Shown piece after piece: positions 62,919-64,000 of a DNA stretch of 64,000 nucleotides. Under the pieces are notes generated by a model. That model made no database searches. It saw nothing but the letters and a program-made list of their open reading frames with translations, and was not told where the DNA came from. The stretch lies in contig OZ243972.1 in the NCBI GenBank assembly GCA_965214705.1, positions 3,360,001-3,424,000 of the forward strand. Direction: 5' to 3'. The translations under genes were made by a program, and so were the position numbers. Source of the DNA: Alphaproteobacteria bacterium (GTDB taxonomy: Bacteria > Pseudomonadota > Alphaproteobacteria > UBA828). Every line of letters begins with the position of its first letter. Position 1 is the stretch's first letter.

Positions 62919-63821
62919 GCCGGCACCGTCCCGCCGGTCTTCCGGGGCGCCGTCCGTGCCGTCTTCATCGTATTCTGGCCATTCACGTTCCGCGCCTCCC
63001 CATGCTCAATTCTGGCAAAGGCCCCCGGGCGGTGCCAAGCCTGCCTCCGCGGTCGCAGCGATCCGCTGGGCTGAATAAGGCCTCCGACGGCGGAATGGAA
63101 GGAGGAGCCGGACGGAGGCCGCGCCGGCGCCACCCTGGAGGACAGGCGCGCCCGGCGGAGCCGCGAGGGGGATGGCGGGCAGGGCCAGGGAGCGGCGGGC
63201 ATCGCGCCATGGGCGCCGTTCCCGGCGGGACCGCACGACACGGCCGCCGGGGACCGGGTCATGGGGTGGGCGGCGATGTCCGCGGGCGATGTCCCGGAGC
63301 GCTGCCCGGCCTGCTTCCCCGAAGCCCCTGTCGTTCGGCGTCGCCGCATGCCCCCTCGGACCGGAAGCGGGTGAACCGGCTACTGCTGCGACCGGCGACG
63401 GATCCGCGTACCGATCGACGAATCCGGCAGGGCGGAAGCCCAAACGCTGCGGCGAACGCCGACACGAAGGCCGCAGGGGCCGCGCGCTCCGCAAACCGGC
63501 CGGGTCGAACGGGGGAAACCGCGCCATGGAGGCGTGGTTCTCGCGGCGGCGATGCCGGACCGGGAGGCGGAATCCCGGTGTCGGGCGGAAATATTTTGAC
63601 CCCTGTTTTTCGCGATACCTTCAATTTTGAAGGATGGCAGGGGCGTGCGGGGTCCGCATAGAGTACGCCCGGCGGGCCCCGGGCCGGGCCTGTCCGGGCG
63701 GGCGGCCGCCGGCGGCGCCGGACGCCGTGGGGCGGTGGTCCGGGCCGGTCTCCGGCCGGTCTTCGGCGACCCGGTTCGCGGCCTGCAAGTTTCGGAGCAC
63801 TGAACGGGGGAGCGAGACGGC

Positions 63822-64000
63822 ATGAACCTGGACGATGCTTTCGAGCGCTGCCTCGAAGCGCTGTATGACGCCGCCCTCGACGACGCGCGCTGGCCCGCCG
63901 CGACAGCCCTGATCGAGGAGGCCGTCGGCGCCGGAGCGAACGCCCTGACCGTCGGTGAAGGGCATGATGACGGCGTGCGCATCCATTTCGCCCGCTTCCT
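63822..64000 (+). CDS. Probable LuxR-type HTH regulator, N-terminal sensory part (runs off the window)
   Basis: GGGGAG RBS; MNLDDAFERCLEALYDAALDDARWPAATALIEEAVGA resembles the N-terminus of GAF/PAS-LuxR regulators. The HTH itself is not visible. Confidence 0.6.
   Translation, partial: MNLDDAFERCLEALYDAALDDARWPAATALIEEAVGAGANALTVGEGHDDGVRIHFARF

Overview
High-GC, probably alphaproteobacterial accessory region (inferred from a Ti-type TraA remnant and a DUF1127 gene) with three parts. (1) 1-24.7 kb is a decayed conjugative/defence island: the 3' end of a type ISP/IIL-like restriction-modification gene, a low-GC DUF4238 gene, a broken TraA-like relaxase/helicase split by a DUF4338-fused ISAs1 that was itself hit by three IS66 insertions (all TSDs visible), a dense run of IS relics with a 212-bp MITE, an EEP nuclease/phosphatase, a tandem pair of tyrosine integrases, an IS1380 remnant and IS1634. 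(2) 24.9-30.8 kb is an intact, tightly coupled five-gene operon: large TPR-like protein, J-like protein with HPP in place of HPD, GrpE-like protein, divergent Hsp70, and a Zn-ribbon/TPR protein. This is my best candidate for an uncharacterised system. (3) 33.6-56.8 kb is a catabolic island with two Liv-type ABC importers, an AMP-dependent ligase, a cysteine hydrolase, two separate hydantoinase/oxoprolinase A+B pairs and an M19 dipeptidase. It is followed by IS5, a second tandem integrase pair, a cytochrome P450 and the start of a probable LuxR-type regulator. No rRNA, tRNA or CRISPR array was seen. All family calls come from motif recognition by eye; no database search was run.
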